A DNA stretch of 63,929 bases, filler included, from Polymyxa betae A26-41 (taxonomy: Eukaryota; Protista; Endomyxa: Phytomyxea): the NCBI GenBank assembly GCA_003693705.1. It is 10 parts of 10 records of this genome, joined end to end, with 100 filler letters (N's around TTAATTAATTAA, not from the genome) between each part and the next. Parts side by side here need not be neighbours in the genome. Positions count along the whole stretch, not along the records: positions 8,579 to 18,987 come from RBZT01000459.1; positions 19,088 to 23,103 come from RBZT01000914.1; positions 23,204 to 37,149 come from RBZT01000427.1; 7 more parts are not named here. One strand, given 5' to 3'. This document shows positions 12,531 to 25,220 of this stretch, piece by piece. The notes beneath the pieces were generated by a model. The model was not told the DNA's origin. It ran no database searches and saw only the letters and a list, made by a program, of their open reading frames with translations. The position numbers and the translations under genes are program-made. Numbering within the stretch: position 1 is the stretch's first letter; every line of letters begins with the position of its first letter.

Positions 12531-13381
12531 TCCTAATACAAATGTCACTTTTGACGCTCGGCTCCAATGGAGGGCCCTGTTTTAAACATCCAGAGTGTTT
12601 GTTTCCGATCAGGCATCATATTTTGTTTCAGAAGTTATGAAACATCTATCCCAAAAAATAGGAACAGAACAACATTTTGTGACTGCCTATTCTCACTATT
12701 CTAATGGAACCATTGAAATAGTAAACCGTAATATTATCAATTTATTACGATGTCTTATGTCTGAGTTACGATCTGATAAAGCGAACTGGCCTTGGTTTGT
12801 AAAGATAGTAGAACAAGCTTTGAACCATTGCCCGCAGCGCCGATTAGGAGGCAACGCTCCAATAACTGTAATGACAGGATTGCCTGCGGACAATCCACTA
12901 GATCCTATATATTACAATCCTCAAAAATTAACGATTAGCTCAGTTGATGTGAATTCTGAGCAGTTTTCAAATCGGGTTGAGAAACTCCAATTGAGTCTCC
13001 AAAATATGCATAAAGATGTCATATCAATTACAACATCTGAGCGGCAGTCTCACCGTGATTGTAAATCACATCATTGAACACTTGCCAATTTTGATATTGG
13101 TGATTATGTTCTTGTGGCTATACCAGAGCGTCAGTTTACGAATAGTAATAAGTTAGACTTTATTTGGCATGGGTCATTCAGAATAGTGGATGTTCACCGA
13201 GCTTATGTGTTTACAGTTGAGAACCTCCTTTCTGGGGAACCTCAAGAAGTACATGGTGACCGTATCCAATTCTATAGTGATAAATCTTTGAACGTCACTG
13301 ATGATATTCTGACACAGTTTCAGTATGATACATCTAATCGACAATTAGAGAAGAGTTGTGATGCTAGATTAAACTCAATAA

Positions 13382-14160
13382 CCTTGTTAGCCCGAAAATA
13401 ATACCCTGGTGCGATTGTCGAATAAAACACCAGGCAGGTGTTGTATTCGAAAACAACACCATGGTGTTGTAATTAAATTGATTTGAGCAACTTTTCTTCC
13501 ACTTGTTAAGGTCCCCTACATTACTCATCTCTTAAGTAAACTTTACTATCTGTTTCTCGAAATACACAATATTCACTGAAGTTCTAACAATGGCCGCGTA
13601 TTGAGTTACTTGAGAGATCTGTCTCAGTTACCTTAAGCCACAGATTCTTTCACAATCAATTTGAGCCACAGATTGGAACTTCTGGCTTGTCCAAAACAAG
13701 CATGGTCTTTGACAGGAAAGTTGCACCAGCAATGCCAAACTCGATATTATTCGGACGTACGAAATATGTGTAGTCGGTAAGGGCCTACCTGCCTTTGAAA
13801 AGCAAACCGGTATCAGTAGAGAAACCGTAGAAATTTTTGCTGGATCGGTCAACGAGAACCGGAACATTGAAGTGAAACCGCAGAGACTGGTTCTTCGTTT
13901 GTTTATTCAGTCGCAGCCTCAAATGAAGACGTTAAATTAACGCAATTAAACAATTATTAATTTCGCTGTTTGCATGATCTAGCTGCTCCCTTTGTTACAC
14001 TGTTGATATGATCTAGCAAGTGGTGATTTATTCGAATAAAACACCATTGTGTTATAAGCAAAGTGGTATTATATTTGGATTTATTGAAGATGTTTTGGGT
14101 GACTGAAAAATTTCACAATCTCGAATACAACACCATGGTGTTATTTTCGGGTTAAGACGG
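13382..14160. mobile_element. Non-autonomous pogo-like element A
   Basis: Imperfect TIRs CCTTGTTAGCCCGAAAATAATACCCTGG / CCATGGTGTTATTTTCGGGTTAAGACGG; subterminal CGAATAAAACACC repeats; TA at 14161. Confidence 0.8.
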
Positions 14161-14162
14161 TA

Positions 14163-14754
14163 CTGTTTTCCCCCGCACATAAGGCATATGCGTTATATTG
14201 AAGGGTGGATATTTTTTTGCCATTCTCGCCTACGGTAGTCTATCCCTCGAAGATAAGGCATATGCCCTGTATTCAAGGTAACGTAAAGTATGCCTTCTAT
14301 TCAAGGGTTCTAAATTCCATTGTTGGCGAATGTCCGTGTGCCTAATATCCGAGGTTTTTGACATTTGTTAGCATTTTGCAGCGCAGCGCAAGCTCTATAT
14401 TCAGAAGTATCTGGAAGACGCGCCGTCTAAATTTTTTATGGCCCGTTTACCTTAATGATAAACTACAACCATGTCTGACATTGCCGGACGTCCCGTCGCG
14501 CCGTCTCCTTCAACTGGATCCGCATTATACTTCTATTTCAATCTTTGCTCGGGGTTCCGAACCTCAATTTCAATAAAAAGAGCGGCACTAACGTTGAAAA
14601 ACCGCTTCATTTTATTAGGCTTCAAAACCCTCGAATAAAGGGACCAGAATCCAATCCCTTGAATAGTGCGCACACCACGCAGTTTTCGAATAGAAGGCCC
14701 ATGTGTCTTCTACTCAAAAACAAGGCACTGTGCCTTATGTGCGGGGGAAAACGG
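14163..14754. mobile_element. Non-autonomous pogo-like element B
   Basis: 24-bp TIRs C(T/C)GTTTTCCCCCGCACATAAGGCA (23/24 match), flanked by TA on both sides. Confidence 0.9.
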
Positions 14755-16005
14755 TAGCACTGATATTGAATGTTCCATTAAATGGAAAGGTTTTACTGAG
14801 TTGGAGAATAATATTCGTAAGCACTATCCAATGGCAATTCGTGAATTTTTGCAAAATTCTCCGAACAATCCATTTGCCTCAATTGTTGGCGCATCTTTAC
14901 CAAAATTTTAATTGCGCATATTTGTTTAGAGGTAGACCTTTTTTCCAAAACTCGATTTATCCCACAGGGTTTGCGGGTGCGGTTTTACTAGTGCTTCTAA
15001 CATGTATGATGAATGATATTTAACACAAATTTTTCCCTTCTCCCTCAAAATTTGTCTTGGGGGAGGTAGTGTATGGGAATTATAATAATAGATGAATTTC
15101 TCCCTGTTATTGATTGGACGTGGACACATCCCTAGATCATTGGTGATGAACAGCAAGGCGCGATCCCTGTGATTCTTATTCAACGGTTTATGAATACATA
15201 TTATTTTATCGTTCTCTTTAAAAGATCACACAAGGATTTAGCTAGACGCCGTCAATTGCGTCATTACAGGGCGCGGCCTCAGGGCTGTACTCTTACACAA
15301 GAGTCGCTCTCGATGAAAGCTGCTTTCAGTGTGTTCTTTATGGATCATTGACAGACAGTCTGCTGTGCCCGGAATCGCCCGTGTAAATGAATTCACGTAA
15401 AGTCTGAAGCTGCTGCATCATTGCAGATACAAACCGCAATGAACAATGGGTACCTGTTTTGCCTTCTTTAGTTCTTTGTCTTTTCAAAGATTTCTATCAA
15501 CTCCGTCACCACAGCCTCGGCTGTCAAGGCTTTCATTTTGATGTTGTTTCCGCGATCATGGTTTGTAACTGCGTTTTCAGCTGAGCATTAACTTCCTGCT
15601 TTGAAGGTGCCACACGACCCATACTATCTTCCCATTTAAGTTCGCGTTGGCTTTTTGAGCTTTCAACCATCGCAAACATCGATATTCCAAAATGACACAC
15701 TTTGGCTAAATCCTTATGGGATATCATTTCGTTGCCTTTCTATTCCTGTGCTATCAGCTTATTAAGTGACCATGACTCTTCAGTTTTCATCCCTGAAACC
15801 ACAGTTTCATAGCTTTAATGGTTCTCTTTGATATGGTATTCATTTTCAGACAACCTGTGAGGGAGGGAAGCGGTTTGGTCGCTGTGATCGAGCTTTGTAA
15901 GAGGGATGGAAGAGCATTTGATTCTGTATCTGAGATGAGCGTAAGAAAGCCCGCTGAACTTGTGATGCAGAAGAGATAAACGGGTCGTCATATGATATTG
16001 GCTGA

Positions 16006-16680
16006 TTGGCGCTGAGGTGTGATTCCAGGCCAGTGGCTGAGATGATCGATCAGCGTCCCGATTCCATCCATCTCCAGATCTTCAGCTTTCTCGGGCCGTA
16101 CTGGACCCGGATTGGACAGCTGGTCGATTCCCGCTTCCGCAATCTATTACGAAGCTCAGAATATGTGACAGCATGTCTCGGTGAGCAGCAAGATCGTGAT
16201 TTTAATCGACAAATTCGACGACATATTTATATGCAGCCGTTCTCGAATGCCGAATCCCCATGTGTGGAAGATAATGTAATTCCAGATGATCGTATTGTTG
16301 TTGGAGTAATGGCCAATTCGTATGGAGTATTCCTCCCATTTAGTCATATCGGCGGATATTTTGTTTTTGAATGCGATAATCTGCTGGGAACCATTGTGGG
16401 GCCCTTCATCCCTGACAAAAGTTTTTTCGATTTCAAAATCTGAAATTCCGGCGAAGGCTCTTCCGAGGGTCCCTATCTATGTTATTATCTAATGGGTCGC
16501 TTTCACATATCACCACGGTCCTCGTGGCTGGCCCAGGCATAGACGCCGGCACAATCCTCATTCTCGTTGATCTCGTCTTGATTGTGGCTGCCGCTGTGCT
16601 CTTTATGATCTTTGGCTGCCCCAAACGCAAGTGAGCGTTGCCCAGACGATGCAACCTGTTCTGCAATCCTCATATTGTAA
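16006..16680 (+). CDS. Small F-box-like protein with hydrophobic C-terminal segment (possibly degenerate)
   Basis: PDSIHLQIFSFLGPYWTRIGQLVDSRFRNLL resembles the F-box pattern; downstream ILILVDLVLIVAAAVLFMIFG looks transmembrane. Confidence 0.45.
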
Positions 16681-18390
16681 TAAAATTATTGATTCTAAAC
16701 ACACTCGGCCAGTCATCGGAAATTAAGCGAAAAGTATTTACTCTGAATGTAACGAAACAGGGCAAAGAGCAACATGACCGGAGCGGGATCAGATACTACG
16801 TACGATCAGGACCATCACCGGATTGACATACGGGGCCAGTACGACATGTGATCACGTGGCCATTATATCTGCCGGTGATGCATGCATACTCAGCTGCATT
16901 TGGTAAGTTGAGAGTGAGAAATGAGATCGGCTTGCTCCAAGCAGAGCAGAATGTCTAATAGTAGTCAAACGATTTTATTATATTGTCTTGAATTCATTTC
17001 ACCAAAGCCGTTGAAAGAAGGCTGTCGAATTTTTGGACAGAACAGAATCGCAACAAAGCTATTGAACAGACGACGGTCCCAGCTAGGCAGTCAATCTGCA
17101 TTCCTGTCGAAAATCTGGCAGCGTCGTCCGCGATCCGGACCATTACCAATCCGCCATCTATTGCCAGTCTGACGACGGCACGAACGGCGGTTCCAATCTC
17201 GGGCCCGATTTCGCTGCAGCCAATCCTTGCCATCGAATCCATTCCCGCCCCAACATATCGTGGCCGCCTTCGGTACTCTCTGTCCGATCTATGTGGCGGG
17301 GGGCGGTACGGCTCGACTTTTTCCACCCAGCTTATAAAGCTTGGCAAAGGAGCGGCTATCCTGCAAAACAAACTTTCCGTCCATTAGAGCCAGTACGCCG
17401 TCATCTATAAAGTTGGATCGTAAATCACTCGACTGCGATATCCGCTGCAAGAGGATACCGATCACCAGTTGGTGTTGGAAATCTCGCAAAATTTCGCAGG
17501 TGTTCCAGCCGCAGGTATGAATTTCGCACATGCGTCGTGCTGGAAGAATTTGCAGCGTCATAATCTGAATCGTACCGAATCGGTTGCGATGGGATTTGCG
17601 ACCGTCGTTGCGGACCTTGTAGAGCTGATGTTGGGTATACTGGATTTGATCCCGAAGATTGGAGATCTGATCAATCGGATCCGCCTGACTTTAAAGCTTC
17701 CGGAGGAACCATTTCACGAATGCGCGATGTATGATGGTTACTGGAACTCAAATCAAAAGCGATATGATGCCGATATGTGGGATTATCAACAGGACGTCTT
17801 GAAATGGTGTTCAAACGGGCAGTATCCGGGTTTTAATGATGCTGAACAGGTCCGAAGAAGCCGAGGTGGAATTTCACAGAATGCAAAAATCAATCGATAC
17901 CCTGGATGACAGGACTTTCAGAATCATTCTGTCAGTCTTCTACAGAAGCTCTATGAGGGAAACTGAACGGGGCCGTTTTAACGCATTGAAATGAGCTGGC
18001 CGAAAGATCTCGTTCAGCCCTATTGGATCGACTAAGAGAAGTTCGACCAGATCAGGCCGGTCGTACCCGCCCATTCGAACATTGACTCGAAACCATGTAA
18101 GTACTGTGATGATTTTATGAGTTCTGGTGTGGCGCGGCCTCGCACTGTCGTGGGTAGTCGTTGAAGACTGGGGGCGGCCTCCTGACATGATCATCACGCA
18201 CTGTCTTGTCCGCAGACAAGACACTCGAGCTTGTAGCCACTTCTTGCCTGGTGTTGCCCCCGTAAAAGTTCCATCTTCTCGATTCTGGCATTCGTTGTTT
18301 CAAGGCACACAGAAGGTCGCATTCCGCTCTCCTTTCTGTGTCTTGGACTGTTAGAAGCACCATACAAACTGTATTTTGGGATTTTCTAAG

Positions 18391-18551
18391 TACTCTCTTA
18401 TAGCCGATTTTGGACATTTTCATAGCAGTTATCAGATATCTATTAGAGTATCATTTATAAGCCATCGAACGGATATCTGTGAGAGCTCTCTCCATGAACT
18501 ATTAGGGCATATCAGATATATTTTTTTATCGGCAATAAAGAGAGCCGACTG
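18391..18551. mobile_element. Degenerate Tigger/pogo-like MITE
   Basis: CTCTCTTATAGCCGAT vs ATCGGCAATAAAGAGAG inverted match; right end ...GCCGACTG|TA. Confidence 0.45.
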
Positions 18552-18639
18552 TACAGTGATGAGTAATTACAAACTTCGCGCACTCGGTGAAGTCCGAAAT
18601 CCCCTCCCGCTCCATTGGTGAGCTCTCCATTCTCATTTC

Positions 18640-18987
18640 GATTCTGCAATGGCGATGATGACCCCAGCAACCGCAATCACGATCCTGCTCGGTCTATTGA
18701 TGGCCTTCTCTCAGTTCATGATTCCTGCTCTGTAAGTCCTTGTTCTGTTACATAGTCGCGCTCAACATATGCCTGTTGTGTGACTGTTACGCGGCCATGA
18801 GTGCGGTCATGTGTGACCTGCCATCCGAGAATCCGCTTGGCCTCCCCAGGATCTTGACCTTTAGGTGGCGGGAGATTGATGATTCAAATTCGGTAACGTT
18901 ACTTTCAGACTTGGATGCGATAAGCAGGTCGTCCACGTACGTAGCTATAAGTGTAATTCCGGACTTCACGGACATTTTAAAGAATAG
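18640..18987 (-). mobile_element. Ty1/copia reverse transcriptase fragment
   Basis: TLIATYVDDLLIAS...ISRHLKVKILG; truncated by contig end. Confidence 0.85.
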
Positions 18988-19087
18988 NNNNNNNNNNNNN
19001 NNNNNNNNNNNNNNNNNNNNNNNNNNNNNNNTTAATTAATTAANNNNNNNNNNNNNNNNNNNNNNNNNNNNNNNNNNNNNNNNNNNN

Positions 19088-19336
19088 GGAGAAAATATAA
19101 GTTGATACATACTGTAGATATTATTTACCAACAGCATAAAGAGCTGCTGGCTTGTAATCTCAAACTGATTGAGAAGAAGTTCGATAGATATTGTTTGGCT
19201 ATCTACTCACAAGGGGCACCCCTGCAAACATGCTGGGCCTTTATTGATGGCATGAAGCAATACGTTTGTAAACCTAGTGCTCGTCAGAATCCTCAGAGTC
19301 AGTACGAAAACTTGCAACGATCTGTTTATAATGGGT
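19088..19336 (+). mobile_element. Harbinger-type DDE transposase fragment
   Basis: CWAFIDGMKQYVCKP...LQRSVYNG; similarity stops abruptly, suggesting an insertion. Confidence 0.75.
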
Positions 19337-19896
19337 GTGTAGTAGGGCTGTCTCACATTCAAGGCAAATAGAACAACTGAGTCAATCGATGCTAATGATT
19401 GATTAGTGACATTGATCCATCGGAAGGTATCCGTGGAGAACCCTAACGTGACAGGGGAGACCCGAAAGGGCCAAATCGTCCCTGGGGGCCCAGGGGCCTC
19501 CGGAAGCCCGGAAGTACCCTGGCCTTCCTGGACCAGGCGTCTAGCTAAAAACTGAGCATCGCCGAGCGCAGAAATTGTTGGGCTATACGGAAGTGCGTGC
19601 GCATACAATATTGCGGTGGCAGCTCCTGCCTCATCATTCCGGCGTTATATAGAGTCGCCATTCCGCCGATCTACCATATCACCGTTCAAATTCTGATCTA
19701 GACGGGCTGGAATCCTACGAGATCCACGAGGCCGGATAAAGTCCCAAATTAGTAATTCCACTAAAGTCGATAATATACTGTATGGTTCCCGCTTTATATT
19801 GTGTGCTGTTATGGCAGATATGTTTCATCCTGTCGAGCGCGTGCCTACTATCGTTTCTCTAGGTTGTTGTTGCTGCTATTTCTCTGTCGCATAATC

Positions 19897-22800
19897 ATGT
19901 CAGTTTGCCCGATTGAATTCGGTGGACGGACGTTTTCCAAGCCTTATAATCTGAAGCGTCATTTACAATCCGCTCATCAAGAGGCAGAGCAAAGAGCCGT
20001 TTGTACCCAATGCGGGAAATCTTTGAAAAATGAGAGCTCATTATTACGGCACCGGTCTCGCTGCTCATCGGATTCCGGATTGGCAAAAGCGGGAATATTC
20101 AATTGTCCATATTGTGATGGAAATCTCTCTACGTTCGACCTATTCACCGGCCATGTGCTAGAGGTTGAACGCTATAAATTGATTTTTTATCCGGACTTTG
20201 ACTTTGTATGCAGCACCACCCAGAATCTCCTATTGAAGAAGAGCACTTGCAGTTCGCTGATATGGCTGCATTCGAAAATTGGCGGGACAGCTTCGAAAAT
20301 GCACAATACGTGACGTCCAGCAAAAGATTTCACGCCAACACAGGCAAAGAATACAAGACGTTCATCTGCAGGAGGTCGTGCGAGACTGCTTCAGTTCTGA
20401 AGCAATATGCATTGGGCGATCAGGACAATGAAAACTGTAGGCCGTCCCGAAGTAAGGCGTCTTGTAAATTGGATGAAGCCTGTGCGTCTCGTATACTCGC
20501 TACTGTTTTGCAGAATGGTTTTGCAGAATGGCAGCGTATCAGTTCGCTTTGTCCGTCAGCATACCGGACATGATCCTTCAAAGTCGGAAGAATTGCAGTA
20601 TTTACGGCTCTCCGCCTCTATTAGGCGGCAAATTACTATGCAAATACTGAGTCGAGTTGATGAAAAATCTATTGTTCGTGCCATCAACCAATCCTTACGG
20701 AATCGGAACGAAAGCGAACAAAATGTTTCGGTAATGTCAATTTTTTTACTCCGTCCTTATTACCGTTTGATTTAAAGCTGACTCACAGGCATCATCACGT
20801 AATGACTGGATTCCAATTAAGGATGTGAAAAATTTGAAGGCCCGTCTTGAAGGTCGCGGAACCGATGCTGTTCGTACTGACGTTTACGTCATGGCATTGC
20901 AAGAAGAGCAATTTGACCCTGTGCTGGTTTATAAGCGTCAGTCTTTCGCAGCATCACTGTATGAAATCCTTAACTTATAGGAGTATTCAGCTGCCGGAAT
21001 TGCGGATTAGACAGAATCTGGGTTCCAAATCCAAGAGTTTTTCCTTGCTATCCAAACCAAGTTTATGAGAGAAATGTTCATCAGGTATGTGAGAATGGTT
21101 TCGTTATTTGGGTTCGTTATTCTTCAAAATTAATTGTCCTTAATAAAACATATTGAGCACCTTTGTCGTTAGATATGAAGAACGCGTAGTGGTCGTCGAT
21201 TCTATTCATAATACAAACCAATACGGGTGCAAACTTAATTACAATATCCGTTGTGGATCCAAGAAATAATCGGGGCTACCCGGCCGTGTTCTGCATCAGT
21301 TCTCGCGAAGATTCTAAAGCATTAGCGGCTTTGTGGAAAACTTTAAAAGTAGGAGACAAATGTCGAAATGCAACGTCGAAAGTTAATGAAATTTTTCCAC
21401 CAACGATACCCGGAATTTGAGCCAAAGATATTATTGCAAGATGACGACATTGTCCCATGGAACGAAGCTAAACGAGTATTTCCGTCTTTAAAAAACAGGT
21501 ACCTATGTGTTTGGCACGTGGACAAAAACTGGAAGGAAAACGTAATAATTGACATTTTAAAAATTTGACTCAACCCTAAAGTATTAATCGATGCGAAAAA
21601 AGTGTGTAAGGCCAGAACATCAAAGTCCATTATGCCAGGAATTAAAAAAAATACGGACAGAGCGAAGAGTGGAAATTGTAAAAGCTGCAATCGAGAACTT
21701 TATCACAGATTGGAAAGAAAAAGAACCACAATTTGTAGACTATTTCAACGAACATCATGTTAAACGAAAAGAACAGTGGGCTGTGTGCTACAGGAATGTT
21801 GCAATACCTGATACAACAGCCCACGCAGAAGCTTTTCACAATCTATTAAAAAGAGTATATTCAAATAAGCGAATCAGATACATGAGAACATTGCTCGAGA
21901 AACTGATGCAAATTGAAGAAGATTTCTTCATAAAATACAAAGGGTAATAATATGATCATTCAATGGATAAAATCTTAAATACTTACAGGAGCGAATTAAA
22001 TTTGCTTCCGGGGTCGGGTTGTAGCGCAACCTTAAAGAATCGAATCAAGCGCGTACTGAAAATGCATCCAGAACAGGTTTCAAAGGTGCCATTTGGCTCG
22101 GTTCCAGATTCCTATATTTTTAGCGGTACCGAAAAAAGACACCTAGTCAAGAGGATACCAGGAATAATTAACAACGTATGTCCCGGATTCCATCAGCATC
22201 AGCTCGAGAGTGACGAGCTGGATTTGGAAAATACAATGGAGCCGTGTAAGGCGTACGAAATCATCAATGCGTGCCAGCATACCTTTTGTTGTGAATGCCC
22301 GGACTACAATAAAGGCAACGACTGCAAACACATATTGCTAGGTAACCACAATTCATGCAAAACAAATTTGCTCAATGAAAAAATAGTTGCGTACGCCATG
22401 GGACTTTGGGAACCTGTGAAAATCAACATCGGAACTCGACCAGCACCTCCTGAGAATGATCAACGGTCAGATTCACAGCGTGCAGCATCAAGGTGCGATT
22501 CAGCATAAAACTCGCAGAGATTTATGAAAAAACATGCGCGAAAAATGCTACATTGCTGCAGATAATATCAGAAAAAGAGGTGTTACGAGATCAGAGAACA
22601 GTTGCCGTATTAAACGAATGCATTGCGAGATCAAAAATCAATCAGCATAATGATGCACCACCTCTTCCTGAATTTAACGAAGAGGATGTACAGCATTTCG
22701 GGCAACGAGCGGCTTATCAAACGCAGTTACGATCACCCTGGGCGAATAACAGAATCAGACAGACAGCGCATGAAGAATTGGAGCGACAAAGGGCCAGCGA

Positions 22801-23011
22801 CCGAACATATAATGCAGCAAGAGGTGGCTTACCAGTCTCCACAACATGCACATCCAACGGCAACCACACCGTTACCGGGCACACTGCCGATTCAGCAAGA
22901 TGCCCATTCCACGTACATAGCGATCCTTACCGACGACATTCGCGCACAGCCGCTGAGCTGAACGCGATGCAATATGCTGTCGAGTCCGATATCTTTCACG
23001 GTCATCTTTAA
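19897..23011 (+). mobile_element. Mutator/MULE transposase with N-terminal C2H2 zinc fingers and SWIM domain, multi-exon, damaged
   Basis: C2H2 fingers (FSKPYNLKRHLQSAH; CTQCGKSLKNESSLLRH; CPYC), WRKY/FAR1-like C..C..HTGH, VVDSIHNTNQY, LQDDD, YLCVWHV, DTTAHAEAFHNLLK, SWIM CECPDYNKGNDCKHI. Confidence 0.9.
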
Positions 23012-23203
23012 TAAAACAATATAGGATCCCTCTTCTCTTCGAGCGCTCTCCTTGCCTCTCTCCCTGTGTCACTCTATCTTCCTCACTATCTCTCTATGGT
23101 TGCNNNNNNNNNNNNNNNNNNNNNNNNNNNNNNNNNNNNNNNNNNNNTTAATTAATTAANNNNNNNNNNNNNNNNNNNNNNNNNNNNNNNNNNNNNNNNN
23201 NNN

Positions 23204-25220
23204 AGTTGGAGGTGAACTCTCCTCCGCTGTCGGTTTGGATCACGCTGACCTTATTGCCGGTGAAGGTTTCGTACTGACGGATGCATTTGAGAAGGAGTTC
23301 TGCCGCTTCGGATTTACGTTTCATGAAGAGCACGGTGACGAAGCGAGAGTGCTCGTCAATTATGGGCATGCAGTATTGATTACCTTGGATGCTGAGCTCA
23401 GGGTAGGAGCATAGATCGGTGTGTAATACTCTCCCTGGCTTCGAACTGCGGTGATCTTCATCTCGCGTTGGGAAGGCTAGTCGACACAGTTTTCCAGTTT
23501 CGCAGGCCTCGCACTTCCTATTGGGACCATGCTCTATTCCGATTGCGAGTTTCTTCGTCTCCATCTCGTGCAGGGTGCGTTCAGGAATGTGGGCGAGCCT
23601 TTTGTGCCAAAGCTCCGTTTGAGAAGCCGCATGAACCCATTGCTCAACAGAATTGTGGTCGAGCTCGTACAGTCCATTGTTCTTCTTGGCGGTCGCGATT
23701 AACCTGCCGGCCTTATACAACCGGCACCCGGTCTTGTCGAAGGTTGCGCTGTCTAAATCCCCGTCATCACAAGCTTTCCCTATAGACAGTAAGTTTCGGC
23801 TCGCTGATGGTACACATAACACGTCGCTGATCGTGAAACCGATGTTCGCAGATCCGTGTCCGNNNNNNNNNNNNNNNNNNNNNNNNNNNNNNNNNNNNNN
23901 NNNNNNNNNNNNNNNNNNNNNNNNNNNNNNNNNNNNNNNNNNNNNNNNNNNNNNNNNNNNNNNNNNNNNNNNNNNNNNNNNNNNNNNNNNNNNNNNNNNN
24001 NNNNNNNNNNNNNNNNNNNNNNNNNNNNNNNTTCTTGTCACAAATGTTGCAGACATTATCCTTCGCTAGACACTCGGCGAATGTGTGTCCGTCGCGTTTA
24101 CAGTGCCTGCATGACTTCTTCAACGTGGCCGTGTTCGCGTACTCAGGGTGTTTGGTCGATGGGTTATTTTTGGCGTAGCTGATTAGGGTCTGTTCCAGAG
24201 AAGCCCATGTCTGACGTTCGATTGGTCCGTATAGGATGGTGTCCTTGATCACGTTCATCTTCGGTGGTAGTTTGCGAATGATCGTCTGGAAGAGTTTTTG
24301 GTCGCTGATGGGTGCACCAGCGCTCGTCAGTGTTCTACATATTAAACGCACTGAGTTCAGGAAAACGAGTGTGTCGTCTTTGTCTGAGAGGCTGAGATTG
24401 TTCAGTTCGGCTTCCGCGGCGAGAACGTCGGCGGCGGCCTTTCCTTCGAAGTGTTGCTCCAACTTGTGCCATGTTGATGGAAGATCGATGCAGTTGATCG
24501 TGAGCATTTTGTAGTTCTCAGAAAGGGACATGATCAACATGTGGTACGCCAGGTCGTGGCGCCTGTCCCAGTCTGCTACATCTTCAGGTCCTTTCTGTGT
24601 AGATAGTGTCAGCTGTTGTTCCTCGAGAGCGTTGGAGTAGTCATTCGTTGCGTCTTCAAGTTCAGCTTGGGCTGCGTTCAGGGCTGCCGAAGCTTTCTCG
24701 TCATTTGGGGCTGCCTTGAGTTTCATTTTGGCTGTTACGAAGTTGATAGTTTTCTCCGAAAGCCGAAGCTGCGCGCTGTGCAGCTCCTTTGACTCAGATT
24801 GTAAATCGAGTGCTTGAGAGGGTCTGGGTTCGTCGCCCTTCATGATAGCGTAAGCGTTCACGCGTCTCATACCGATGATCACCTCTCGTTGCCACAGTTG
24901 CCAGTTAGAGTCGGATAAAACGTAGTAGTGAGTTACATACTTGATACCCGTGTTTCAGCCATCTGCTGTGTTGCTGGGCCCATAACCTGATATTGGAGGT
25001 AGCTATCTAGCGATAAACGCAGTGAACAGAGATATTTCCTTTTTATAATATATTATCTGTATCTACAGGCACGAGTTCGTTTGGTCATGGCACGCGCCAG
25101 CCATATTGATTTTATGCCATCAATGGTAACTTGATTGGGCGGGTACGCTGGCTGGACCCATGCGCAGCCCGCACCTCTGGGTCAGAAAGACTGCGTGGCG
25201 CAGCCACCGCAATCATAACA
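23204..25220 (-). mobile_element. Ty1/copia element 5' half: LTR (24988-25220), PBS, gag, GAG-pre-integrase, integrase
   Basis: LTR TGTTATG...AATATCA followed by GGTTATGGGCCCAGC (internal tRNA-iMet PBS); gag with CRHCKRDGHTFAEC; LWHKRLAH...CEAC; LHTDLC, IIDEHSRF, QTDSGGEF. Reading frames open. Confidence 0.95.

Larger units (their letters stand above)
10056..12579. mobile_element. Two-gene Tc1/IS630-like DNA transposon inserted in the gypsy integrase
   Basis: Interrupts IN coding sequence; contains convergent ORFs; right end reads CAGGGCCCTCCA... on the minus strand; left end degenerate with adjacent loss of IN codons. Confidence 0.8.
8579..15297 (+). mobile_element. Ty3/gypsy chromodomain retrotransposon (RT-RNaseH-IN-chromo, PPT, 3' LTR ~15070-15297), interrupted by three DNA elements
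   Basis: IWIDDLLG RT motif; RNase H CDAS and WATIDKEAFAI; IN H/H and DDFSG (to ~10050), resuming VSDQASYF/SNGTIEIVNR at 12595; chromodomain split at 13380/14757 (IKWKGFTELEN); PPT GGGGGAGGTAG then TGT. Confidence 0.9.

Noticed and set aside
13400-14150. Short spaced repeats (CGAATAAAACACC; also TATAAG at 5660-5780 and TGTCTACC at 59150-59290) as a CRISPR-like array
   Set aside because: Irregular spacing, mixed orientation, located within TIR elements, and no cas genes; these are subterminal repeats.
16994-18354. ORFs around 17469-17909
   Set aside because: Interrupted by stops with no recognisable domain; strand and product cannot be supported.
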